Source: Natronomonas sp. (GTDB lineage: Archaea; Halobacteriota; Halobacteria; Halobacteriales; Haloarculaceae). Taken from it: DNA of 64,000 nt. Each line of letters opens with the position of its first letter. Positions within the stretch are counted from its first letter, which is position 1. Location: contig NZ_JAWODL010000031.1 in assembly GCF_046483325.1 (NCBI RefSeq), positions 495 to 64,494 of the forward strand, in the 5' to 3' direction. Shown piece by piece: positions 49,735 through 57,924 of the stretch. Position numbers and translations under genes: made by a program. The notes under the pieces are model-generated. The model ran no database searches. It was not told the origin of the DNA and saw nothing but the letters and a program-made list of their open reading frames with translations.

Positions 49735-50043
49735 ATGTCAAACGAAGCGTTCGACGATGTTACGGTAACGAAACGGGCCAACGTGTACTACGACGGCGGT
49801 GTCACCAGCCGAACGCTCGTCGACGACGGCGCTCGCCGGACGCTCGGAATCATGCACCCCGGTGACTACGAGTTCGAAACCGATTGCGAGGAACATCTTG
49901 ATCTGTACGCGGGGCGACTCGAGGTCACGATCGACGGTGAAACCACCACCTACGAAGCCGGTGACAGCTTCATCGTCCCAGCGAACACGACATTCGACGT
50001 TTCGGTTTCCGATCTCGTCGATTACTGCTGTACGTACGAGTAG
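49735..50043 (+). CDS. ppnP: Pyrimidine/purine nucleoside phosphorylase-like cupin (DUF1255/PpnP)
   Basis: FDDVTV.K.ANVYYDG, TLGIMHPGDYEFET, F.VPAN..F, YCC.Y pattern. Confidence 0.78.
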   Translation: MSNEAFDDVTVTKRANVYYDGGVTSRTLVDDGARRTLGIMHPGDYEFETDCEEHLDLYAGRLEVTIDGETTTYEAGDSFIVPANTTFDVSVSDLVDYCCTYE

Positions 50044-50055
50044 CCACCTCGCAGA

Positions 50056-50874
50056 TTAGCGACCCTTGCTCCCCCAGCCGAAGGCCAGCCAGCCGCCGTC
50101 GGCATTGAGAATCTCGCCGGTCGTGTAGTGGTTCCCCTCGGCGAGAAACAACGCGACGTTCTGCATCTCGTCGAGCGTTCCGAATCGATCCAGGGGGACG
50201 CGGTGTTCGATGTGCGTATCGTCGTAGCCGTAGTACGGCCAGTTGTCCTCGTCGAGCATTTCGTCGTCGCCGCTTTCGCGCGTCTGCTCGTCCAGTTGGG
50301 TTTTGATAAACCCGGGTGCGAGTGCGTTGACCTGGATGTCGTGTTCAGCGAGTTCGACCGCGAGGTTCCGGGTGAGGTTGTTGACACCGCCCTTCGAGGC
50401 GTTATAGGGGGCTCGGCCCTGGATCCCGATCTTTCCAAATATACTGGAGATGTTGATGATCTGACCACCCGTTCCCTGGTCGATCATCCGTGTTCCGGCC
50501 GCTTGAGCGCCGTAAAATACGCCTGAGAGGTTGGTGTTAATGACGCTTTGCCAGTCCTCCGGATCCATCTCCATCGCGGGTTCGATCACGGAGATCCCTG
50601 CATTGTTGACCATGATGTCTATCGAACCGTACTCTTCGATCGCCGATTCGGCGAGTGCGTGGGCATCGTCGGGATTCGAGATGTCAGCCTCGACGGCGGT
50701 CGCGGTTCCACCGTTGGCGGTTATTTCATCGGCGGTTTCTTGTGCGCGTTCGAGCGCACGCGAGTTCGTGATGACGTTCGCACCCTCCTCGGCGAACTTG
50801 GTTGCGATCGCTGCGCCGATACCGCTACTTGAGCCGGTTACAACCGCTGTTTCGTCGGCTAATCTTTCGGACAT
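50056..50874 (-). CDS. SDR-family oxidoreductase (paralog of 28201-29007)
   Basis: TGSSSGIG, NNAG, YNASK, NALAPG. Confidence 0.9.
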   Translation of the reverse strand: MSERLADETAVVTGSSSGIGAAIATKFAEEGANVITNSRALERAQETADEITANGGTATAVEADISNPDDAHALAESAIEEYGSIDIMVNNAGISVIEPAMEMDPEDWQSVINTNLSGVFYGAQAAGTRMIDQGTGGQIINISSIFGKIGIQGRAPYNASKGGVNNLTRNLAVELAEHDIQVNALAPGFIKTQLDEQTRESGDDEMLDEDNWPYYGYDDTHIEHRVPLDRFGTLDEMQNVALFLAEGNHYTTGEILNADGGWLAFGWGSKGR

Positions 50875-50992
50875 ACACGCTGATCATCTGAGGGATAGAT
50901 TAAATCAGTTTTGCCAACCATCACTCATTTCGACTCGCCTCATCGGTAAGGTGTTCGGTCTCGCTGTATCGCTGATCGATCAGCAGTAATTG

Positions 50993-51005
50993 CACCATAT
51001 GGGAT
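50993..51005. promoter_or_regulatory. CACCATATGGGAT motif upstream of the iclR TATA-like TTTATG
   Basis: Identical 13-mer recurs at 51853-51865; palindromic core CCATATGG. Confidence 0.4.
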
Positions 51006-51038
51006 AGACATTTATGATGCTACATCAATTGGGTCGGT

Positions 51039-51797
51039 ATGGCAAACCAAACCCGGATCAAGTCCGCCGAAACCACGCTACGAATCATCGAAACGATCAA
51101 AACGCTAGACGGGGCGGGTGTTGCCGATATCGCTGCCGAACTCGGTCGCCCCACAAGTACGATTCACAACTACCTCCAGACGCTTGAAGCGAACGAATAT
51201 CTGATCAAGGATGACAAAACGTATCGAGTGAGTCTCCGCTTTTTAGGGCTCGGAAAGCACATCGAAGATCGCCTCCAGATCCGCAAAATCGCCATGCCGG
51301 AGATCGACGAACTCGCCGATCGAACCGGTGAACTCGCGGGCTTGCTTGTCGAAGAGCACAACAAAGGCGTGTACGTGTATCTCCACAGCGGAGACAAAGC
51401 AGTGTATTTGGATGCACGGCCCGGAAAGCGGACGTACCTTCATCAGACCGGACTCGGCAAGGCGATCCTCTCGGAACTCAGTGAAGCGGAGGTCGATACG
51501 ATAATCGACGAACACGGCCTCCCGAGAGCGACTCCTAACACGATCACTGACCGAGACCGGTTGATGACGGAACTCGCCGAAACCCGTGAGCGTGGGTATG
51601 CCATCGACCGTGGTGAGCGGGTCTCAGGTGTTAGGTGCATCGCCGTTCCGATCAATCCATCAGGTGAGAAGCCAGTCGGTGCGATCAGCGTCTCCGGTCC
51701 GAAAAGCCGCGTGAAAGGCGACTTTTTCGAACAGCAGTTGCCTGAACTGGTCACAGAAGCCGCTAACGTCATCGAGATAAACTACCGCTTCGCTTGA
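51039..51797 (+). CDS. IclR-family transcriptional regulator
   Basis: N-terminal HTH (GVADIAAEL..STIHNYL), TGLGKAIL, RERGYAID.GE..GV.CIAVP. Confidence 0.92.
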   Translation: MANQTRIKSAETTLRIIETIKTLDGAGVADIAAELGRPTSTIHNYLQTLEANEYLIKDDKTYRVSLRFLGLGKHIEDRLQIRKIAMPEIDELADRTGELAGLLVEEHNKGVYVYLHSGDKAVYLDARPGKRTYLHQTGLGKAILSELSEAEVDTIIDEHGLPRATPNTITDRDRLMTELAETRERGYAIDRGERVSGVRCIAVPINPSGEKPVGAISVSGPKSRVKGDFFEQQLPELVTEAANVIEINYRFA

Positions 51798-52508
51798 GGA
51801 GTGCTCCGTCGATACCCGTCATTTGATACCGCGCCACCACTGTCGAGTTCTCCACCATATGGGATCCGTGACTTTTAAGAACCGATCCGCCTGATATAAT
51901 AGAAAATTTGCACTATCTGGGACAACAACGCACTATCTCGTATACACATGTGATGGACGTTAGAGTTCGGTTCTCATCTTGAGCGATGACGCGGCTTCCA
52001 GCGTATCTCAAACAGCATTATGCCTGTTAGTGAGACATCTATCGTATTAGCCAGGATGTGGTGGAAAATACTTCTAATTTATTATTTTTACAGCTTATTA
52101 TTGTACATACTGCCATACTAAATGTTATTTAGACACAGTTATTTGTACAAAACATGATATCATCAGTATTTTACTCAATTCAAAAAATCAACGGTGATGC
52201 CAGTATTAACATACAACAATACGAAAGCAATAACTTACAGATAGTTGTCTATTTTTCTATTATATAACTTATATTGTATTTTTAGAAGATACTTTATTTG
52301 GGCCCGAACCGTATTACAACCAGTTATATAAATTATGGATGGCTTTTCCACGAATTCAACATATATATTTTTCTTTTTATATTATACTTTAACGTCACAT
52401 ATCTCATATATATAATTGTTCTCCCCCGGTAATAGACACTATTAGATCGTATGTTATCCAACGGATAACTATCGGAGTTATACTTGTCGTTCACTAACAC
52501 ACGACCGC

Positions 52509-53813
52509 ATGTCTCAACAAGTACAGAAAGAACTCGATGTCGACAGGTACACGCTCGGACTCGTCGGTCCCGATCAGGAGTGGGCGGGCACGGTAGCCGA
52601 TGGCGGGACGGTTCGAACGCACACGCCGCCGGCGTGTTGGGGGCCGATGATTACGCCGGAGTTCCGCGGCGGTCACGAGGTGACGCGTCCAATCAGAGTC
52701 GAGAACGCCGAACCGGGGGACGCGCTGGTCGTCCGAATCAAGAACGTCGAGGTGACGAGCGTCGCCACCAGCACGGGCAGCATGCGCGAGCGCGAAGGCG
52801 CGTTCGGCGACGACCCCTTCGTCGATCACGTCTGCCCGGAGTGTGGCACCGAGTGGCCGAAAAGCGTCGTCGAGGGGACCGGCGAGGAGTCGATTCGGTG
52901 TGCGGAGTGCGGCGCGAACGCGTCGTCGTTCGGCTTCGAGTTCGGCTACACCGTCGCCTTCGACGACGACCGATCCGTCGGAGTCACCGTCGGTCCGGAG
53001 GGGGCGTCCGATCTCGCAGAACGCGCCGACGACGCGATGGCCCTCCCCGAACACTCCCGCCAACATCCGATCCTCCTGTACAAGCCCGACGAGATTCCCG
53101 GGACGCTCGGTCGCCTCAGGCCGTTCATCGGCAATATCGGGACGACGCCGACGAGGGAGTTTCCCGACTCGCACAACGCCGGCGACTTCGGGCAGTTCCT
53201 GATCGGAGCCGATCACGACTGGGGACTGCCGGATGAGGCGGCACTCGAAGCCCGCACCGACGGGCACATGGACTCCAACGACGTTCGGGCCGGCGCGACG
53301 CTGATCTGTCCGGTCGAGATCGACGGTGCGGGGCTGTACGTCGGCGACCTCCACGCGAATCAGGGCGACGGCGAACTCTCCTTACACACGACCGACGTGA
53401 GCGGTCGGACGGAACTGGAGGTCGAGGTCGTCAAAGACGTCGGGCTCGACGGCCCACTGTTGCTGCCAAACGAGAGCGACCTCCCGCACATCGCGAAACC
53501 GTACACGGACGCCGAGCGCGAGGCCGGCGAAGCGCTCGCCGCCGAGTACGCCCTCGACGACCCCGGCGACGCCGCGCCGATCCAGTTCGTCGGCTCCGGC
53601 GCGACGATCAACGACGCGACGCAGAACGCCTTCGATCGCGCGTCGGCGCTGTTCGGGATGACCGAGGGCGAGGTCCGCGCCCGGTGTACGTTCACCGGCG
53701 GCGTCGAGGTCGCCCGGCTTCCGGGCGTCGTTCAGTTGTCAATGCTCGCGCCGATGGAACTGCTCGAGGGGTGCGGGCTCGACGGTGTCGTCCGTGAGCA
53801 GTACGGCCTGTAA
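52509..53813 (+). CDS. Acetamidase/formamidase family protein
   Basis: GGHEVT.PI.VE.AEPGD, GHMD...G, GDLHA.QGDGE; CxxC...CxxC insert. Confidence 0.85.
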   Translation: MSQQVQKELDVDRYTLGLVGPDQEWAGTVADGGTVRTHTPPACWGPMITPEFRGGHEVTRPIRVENAEPGDALVVRIKNVEVTSVATSTGSMREREGAFGDDPFVDHVCPECGTEWPKSVVEGTGEESIRCAECGANASSFGFEFGYTVAFDDDRSVGVTVGPEGASDLAERADDAMALPEHSRQHPILLYKPDEIPGTLGRLRPFIGNIGTTPTREFPDSHNAGDFGQFLIGADHDWGLPDEAALEARTDGHMDSNDVRAGATLICPVEIDGAGLYVGDLHANQGDGELSLHTTDVSGRTELEVEVVKDVGLDGPLLLPNESDLPHIAKPYTDAEREAGEALAAEYALDDPGDAAPIQFVGSGATINDATQNAFDRASALFGMTEGEVRARCTFTGGVEVARLPGVVQLSMLAPMELLEGCGLDGVVREQYGL

Positions 53814-53831
53814 GATCCGATCTCTGCGCCC

Positions 53832-54116
53832 TCACCGCTCGCCGCCCTGCATCGCGGGGAACAGCTGGATCCGGACGTCCGGCGGGTAGTCATCGTCGAG
53901 GCCAGCCCGCTCGCCGTCGACGAGGATCCGAACGCTGCTTCGTATCGACCTGGTCTCATCGAGCACGTCTCGCCGAGCCCGCGGATACGTGTCGAGAAAG
54001 CGTTCGAGCGCTTCGCCGACGGTTTCGACGCCCCCAGCGCCCGATTCCACCGGATCCAACTCGACGGTCTTCTCACCTGTCGCCGATCGAAGCTAGCCGT
54101 AGACGGTAATCTGCAT
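53832..54116 (-). pseudogene. MoaD/ThiS ubiquitin-like gene interrupted by TAG at codon 8; GG followed by ER
   Basis: MQITVYG*LRSATGEKTV...LFPAMQGGER in a single frame. Confidence 0.75.
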
Positions 54117-54165
54117 GCCCGTCGATACGCCGCCGATGCCCAAGAAACGGACGGGTGCGACGTCC

Positions 54166-55128
54166 TCACTCGGTGCTTTCGCTCGAGACCGCCTCGCCGA
54201 GGCCGTCGACGGGGCGATCCGCGAGCATCTCGTCGACCGACGCCGGCAGTCCGAACTGGTAGCCGCTCGCGTCGGCGTCGTCACGCAGCTCCGTCCGACC
54301 GTGGTAGACCGAGACCGCCTTATCGAGGTGGAGTCTGACGGCCTCCAACAGCGTCTCGGCCTCCAGCGGTTGGCCGCGTCGCTCCAGTTCCTCGACGGAG
54401 GCGCCCGGCGGCGCGTTGAACGCGCGCTGGGCGATGACCGGTCCCTGATCGAGGTCCGTCGTCACGTAGTGGGCCGTGACACCCGCGATGCGGACACCCT
54501 CCTCTCTGGCCTGTCGGTACGGTTCCGCGCCGGGGAACGAGGGCAGAAGGGAGGGATGAATGTTGATGATCCGGTCCTCGTACCGGAAGACGACGTTCGG
54601 GCTGAGGATGCGCATGTAGCGCGCCAACACGATGAGGTCCGTGTCGTACTCGTCGAGGAGTTCGAGGAGTCGCTCCTCGTCCGGACTACCCTTCTCGTCG
54701 CCAACGTCGTGAAAGTCGACGCCGTAGTGGTCGGCCAGCGGTTCGAGGTCGTCGTGGTTGCCGATGATGACGCTGATGTCGGCCCCCAGTTTCCCGTCCG
54801 CCCACGCCTCGAAGAGCGCCTCGAGGCAGTGTGACTCCTTGGTGACGAGCACGGCGATAGTCTGGGTTTCGCGGTCGGCCGGGAACCGGACTTGGATGTC
54901 GACGCCCAACTCGTCGGCGAGATCCGAGAGCGCCTCGCGGAGTTCGTCTTGGGTGCAACTCATCTCGGCGGTGTCGACAGTCATCGTCATCCGGAATACC
55001 CGGTCGCGAACCGCCTGATCGAGGTCCTCGATGTTGATGTCGCGCTCGAAGAGCAGCGTCGTGACGCGGGCGATGAGTCCGGTCGAGTCCTCGCCGACGA
55101 CCGTGATCTCGGTGTACTCTCGGCTCAT
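54166..55128 (-). CDS. purU: Formyltetrahydrofolate deformylase
   Basis: N-terminal ACT domain, VTKESHCL, LARYMRIL, INIHPSLLP, GVTAHYV...DQGPVI. Confidence 0.92.
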   Translation of the reverse strand: MSREYTEITVVGEDSTGLIARVTTLLFERDINIEDLDQAVRDRVFRMTMTVDTAEMSCTQDELREALSDLADELGVDIQVRFPADRETQTIAVLVTKESHCLEALFEAWADGKLGADISVIIGNHDDLEPLADHYGVDFHDVGDEKGSPDEERLLELLDEYDTDLIVLARYMRILSPNVVFRYEDRIINIHPSLLPSFPGAEPYRQAREEGVRIAGVTAHYVTTDLDQGPVIAQRAFNAPPGASVEELERRGQPLEAETLLEAVRLHLDKAVSVYHGRTELRDDADASGYQFGLPASVDEMLADRPVDGLGEAVSSESTE

Positions 55129-55263
55129 CGCCGCCACCTCCGGGGCGTTTCGACGGGGTGAGTCATACTACCGATTGGGGGGCGGGGTTTCAAAAGGGCG
55201 ACGTTCCACGTCGGCGCGGACACGTTCAGGACAGCGGTTGCGTCGTCGGTTCGATTGAGGCTT

Positions 55264-55620
<357 letters not shown>

Positions 55621-55643
55621 TTAAATACTTGCCCGAACGAATC

Positions 55644-56200
55644 GGTGGTGTTCAGAGACGCTGATTCCACGCGAACGTGAACGATCGGCGCCGCTCGTCG
55701 GCATTTTCTGCTTCGACGTTGACAAACTCGTTTGAGAAACAGAAAAATATAATTTCCCCGTCATAAAATGTATATCCGGGACTTTCCGGTCCCCACGTCG
55801 TTCGCATCTGAAATCGAGGCCGTGTCGAGCACAAGCAGCTTGGAGCATCGGTGCCCCACCAACGAGGACCGCGGCGTCATCGACATCGCGTTTCTCGCGT
55901 AGCTCGGAGAAGAGCGCGTGAGCAAAACGGTCGCTCTTACCCGCTCGACTTTGCGTGGAGCAAGTCGTTTGATTCAGGATCAACAGCAGCGCACTGCCAG
56001 CACTGCTCGTCGTTACGTTTGATCACGGTCCCGTCGGCCGCGACGTGATCCACGTCTCGTCCACCCTTGGGCTGTAGGTCGACCTCGTGAACCGAAGCGT
56101 GGGCAGTGAATCGCTCGCTCCAAACCATATCTCTCAGGGATAGAGACTATATTCGAAAGTGATATCCAAGCGAAGTGTTCCCGTTCGTGGCGTGGTTCGA
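55644..56200 (-). mobile_element. IS6-family transposase pseudogene with one terminal inverted repeat
   Basis: Frameshifted DLQP.GGR.VDHVAADGTVI, AAVDPESN.LLH, FSELREK.DVDDA, FTFAWNQ; end GGTGGTGTTCAG at 55644. Confidence 0.82.
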
Positions 56201-56284
56201 CGACCATCCGGCCGTGGGACGCGGTAATCACCCCCCGTGAGAATCGCCCACCAAATTGGTATCGACGCAGCGCGACTCTCGGCT

Positions 56285-56989
56285 ATGTCACGACAGAGCG
56301 GCCGAACGATACTCGGCGTGATCGCACTCGTGATCCTCGCGTTCGTCATCGCCGTCGCCGCCGGTATCGTCTTTCTCGTCCCGATGTTCGTGTTGGGATA
56401 CGATATCGACTCGACGCCGGTACTCGTGGGCTCGACGGCGGCCGGACAACTCGGCTTCTTCGCCGTCGCGTACGGATACGCTCGGTACCGGGACGTGACG
56501 GTGTCGATCGAGATACCATCGAGACGCGACCTTGGCTACGTCGGTGTGGGGACGATCGTCGCGCTGTTCGTCGCGATCGGACTCTCGTACGTCCTGTCGG
56601 TGTTGGACCTCGTTCCCGGGTCGGTCATCGAGGACGTCGGCGTTCGGGATCCGACGTTCTTTCTCGCACTCGCCGTCCTTTCGGTGATACTGGTCGCTCC
56701 GGTCGAGGAATTTCTCTTTCGCGGCGTCATTCAGGGACGACTGCGCGGCCAGTTCGGCCCGCTTTCGGCGATCGTCGGATCGAGCCTCCTGTTCGGCGCG
56801 ATGCACCTGAGCAACTACACCGGTTCGATCCTCCCGATCGTTTCGGGTGCGCTGTTGATCTCCGCCGTCGGTGTGGTCTTCGGCACTCTCTACGAGCGGA
56901 CGGGTAACCTCGCGGTACCCACCCTCGTTCACGCGATATACAACGTCATCCTGCTGACGATCAGCTATCTGGCGCTCGTATACGGGTGA
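56285..56989 (+). CDS. CPBP family intramembrane glutamic endopeptidase (CAAX/Abi)
   Basis: EEFLFRG, FGAMH, HAIYN. Confidence 0.9.
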   Translation: MSRQSGRTILGVIALVILAFVIAVAAGIVFLVPMFVLGYDIDSTPVLVGSTAAGQLGFFAVAYGYARYRDVTVSIEIPSRRDLGYVGVGTIVALFVAIGLSYVLSVLDLVPGSVIEDVGVRDPTFFLALAVLSVILVAPVEEFLFRGVIQGRLRGQFGPLSAIVGSSLLFGAMHLSNYTGSILPIVSGALLISAVGVVFGTLYERTGNLAVPTLVHAIYNVILLTISYLALVYG

Positions 56990-57003
56990 TCTCGTCGAAA
57001 GAC

Positions 57004-57822
57004 CTACAGTCCCGAGACGAACTCGCGGAGCTCGCGATTGAACCGTTCCGGGCGTTCCCAGAAGGGCGAGTGGCCCGTTTCTGGGTAAACGGAGGTCGTC
57101 GCGTCGTCGATCAGTTCCGCGTGTTCGCGCCCGGCATCGGGGAGGACGATCGTGTCCTCCTCACCGTGGGTGATGAGCACCGGTACATCGATCGCCCGCA
57201 GATCGTCGTCGTGAGTGACCGTCCGCCTGTGGAGCCCTGTACGGACGTATGGCGGGACGATCACGTTGAATCCGAGCATGAAGTACAGGTCCCGCGGCGA
57301 CGGATCGCCGTACACACACCGTCCGACGAACGTTTCGAGTGTCTCGGCGCTCGTGATCGCGTCCTCGGATTCGAAGCCCGGAACGCACTCGATGAAGTCC
57401 TCGCCGATGACGGCCGTCGCGTCCTCGGTGCCGATCTTCGAAATCGCGCCGACGTAGTTGATGCCGGCGATGTGCTCGTCGCCGTAGGATTCGAGGTAAT
57501 CGGAGATGATCAATCCGCCATAGGACCAGCCGACCAACACCGGCTCGTCGAGATCGAGCGTCTCGATGACGCCCTGCACGTCGTCGGCCCACAGCGCCGA
57601 GTCGTCGTAGGCGTCCTCGGGTTTTTCCGAGTCGCCGTGGCCCCGATCGTCCATCGCGACGAGTCGAAAGTCGTCGGTGAGATCCGACTCCAGCTGTTTG
57701 AGCCACGACAGCCGCGATTGGGTGTAGCCATGAATGAAGAGGATCGGTCTGCCGTCCCGATTTCCCGTCTCCACGACGTTGAGTTCGATTCCGCCCCCGC
57801 CGATGACCGTACGCTGATCCAT
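57004..57822 (-). CDS. Alpha/beta hydrolase (non-heme haloperoxidase/esterase-like)
   Basis: HGY, DDRGHGDS, GWSYGG nucleophile, HGEED, GHSPF. Confidence 0.88.
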   Translation of the reverse strand: MDQRTVIGGGGIELNVVETGNRDGRPILFIHGYTQSRLSWLKQLESDLTDDFRLVAMDDRGHGDSEKPEDAYDDSALWADDVQGVIETLDLDEPVLVGWSYGGLIISDYLESYGDEHIAGINYVGAISKIGTEDATAVIGEDFIECVPGFESEDAITSAETLETFVGRCVYGDPSPRDLYFMLGFNVIVPPYVRTGLHRRTVTHDDDLRAIDVPVLITHGEEDTIVLPDAGREHAELIDDATTSVYPETGHSPFWERPERFNRELREFVSGL

Positions 57823-57924
57823 GGCATGAATCGTACGCGGAGTCTCGAAATAAGTGCTGCCCTCCCGACGGGGTGGATCGCCGAGACCCCTGTGACTCAT
57901 ACCCACAGCGTCCGTATCGGTACC

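Noticed and set aside
54093-54095. Pyrrolysine recoding as the main explanation of the amber codon
   Set aside because: No pyl genes or tRNA-Pyl here and nearby genes show decay; kept only as a testable alternative.
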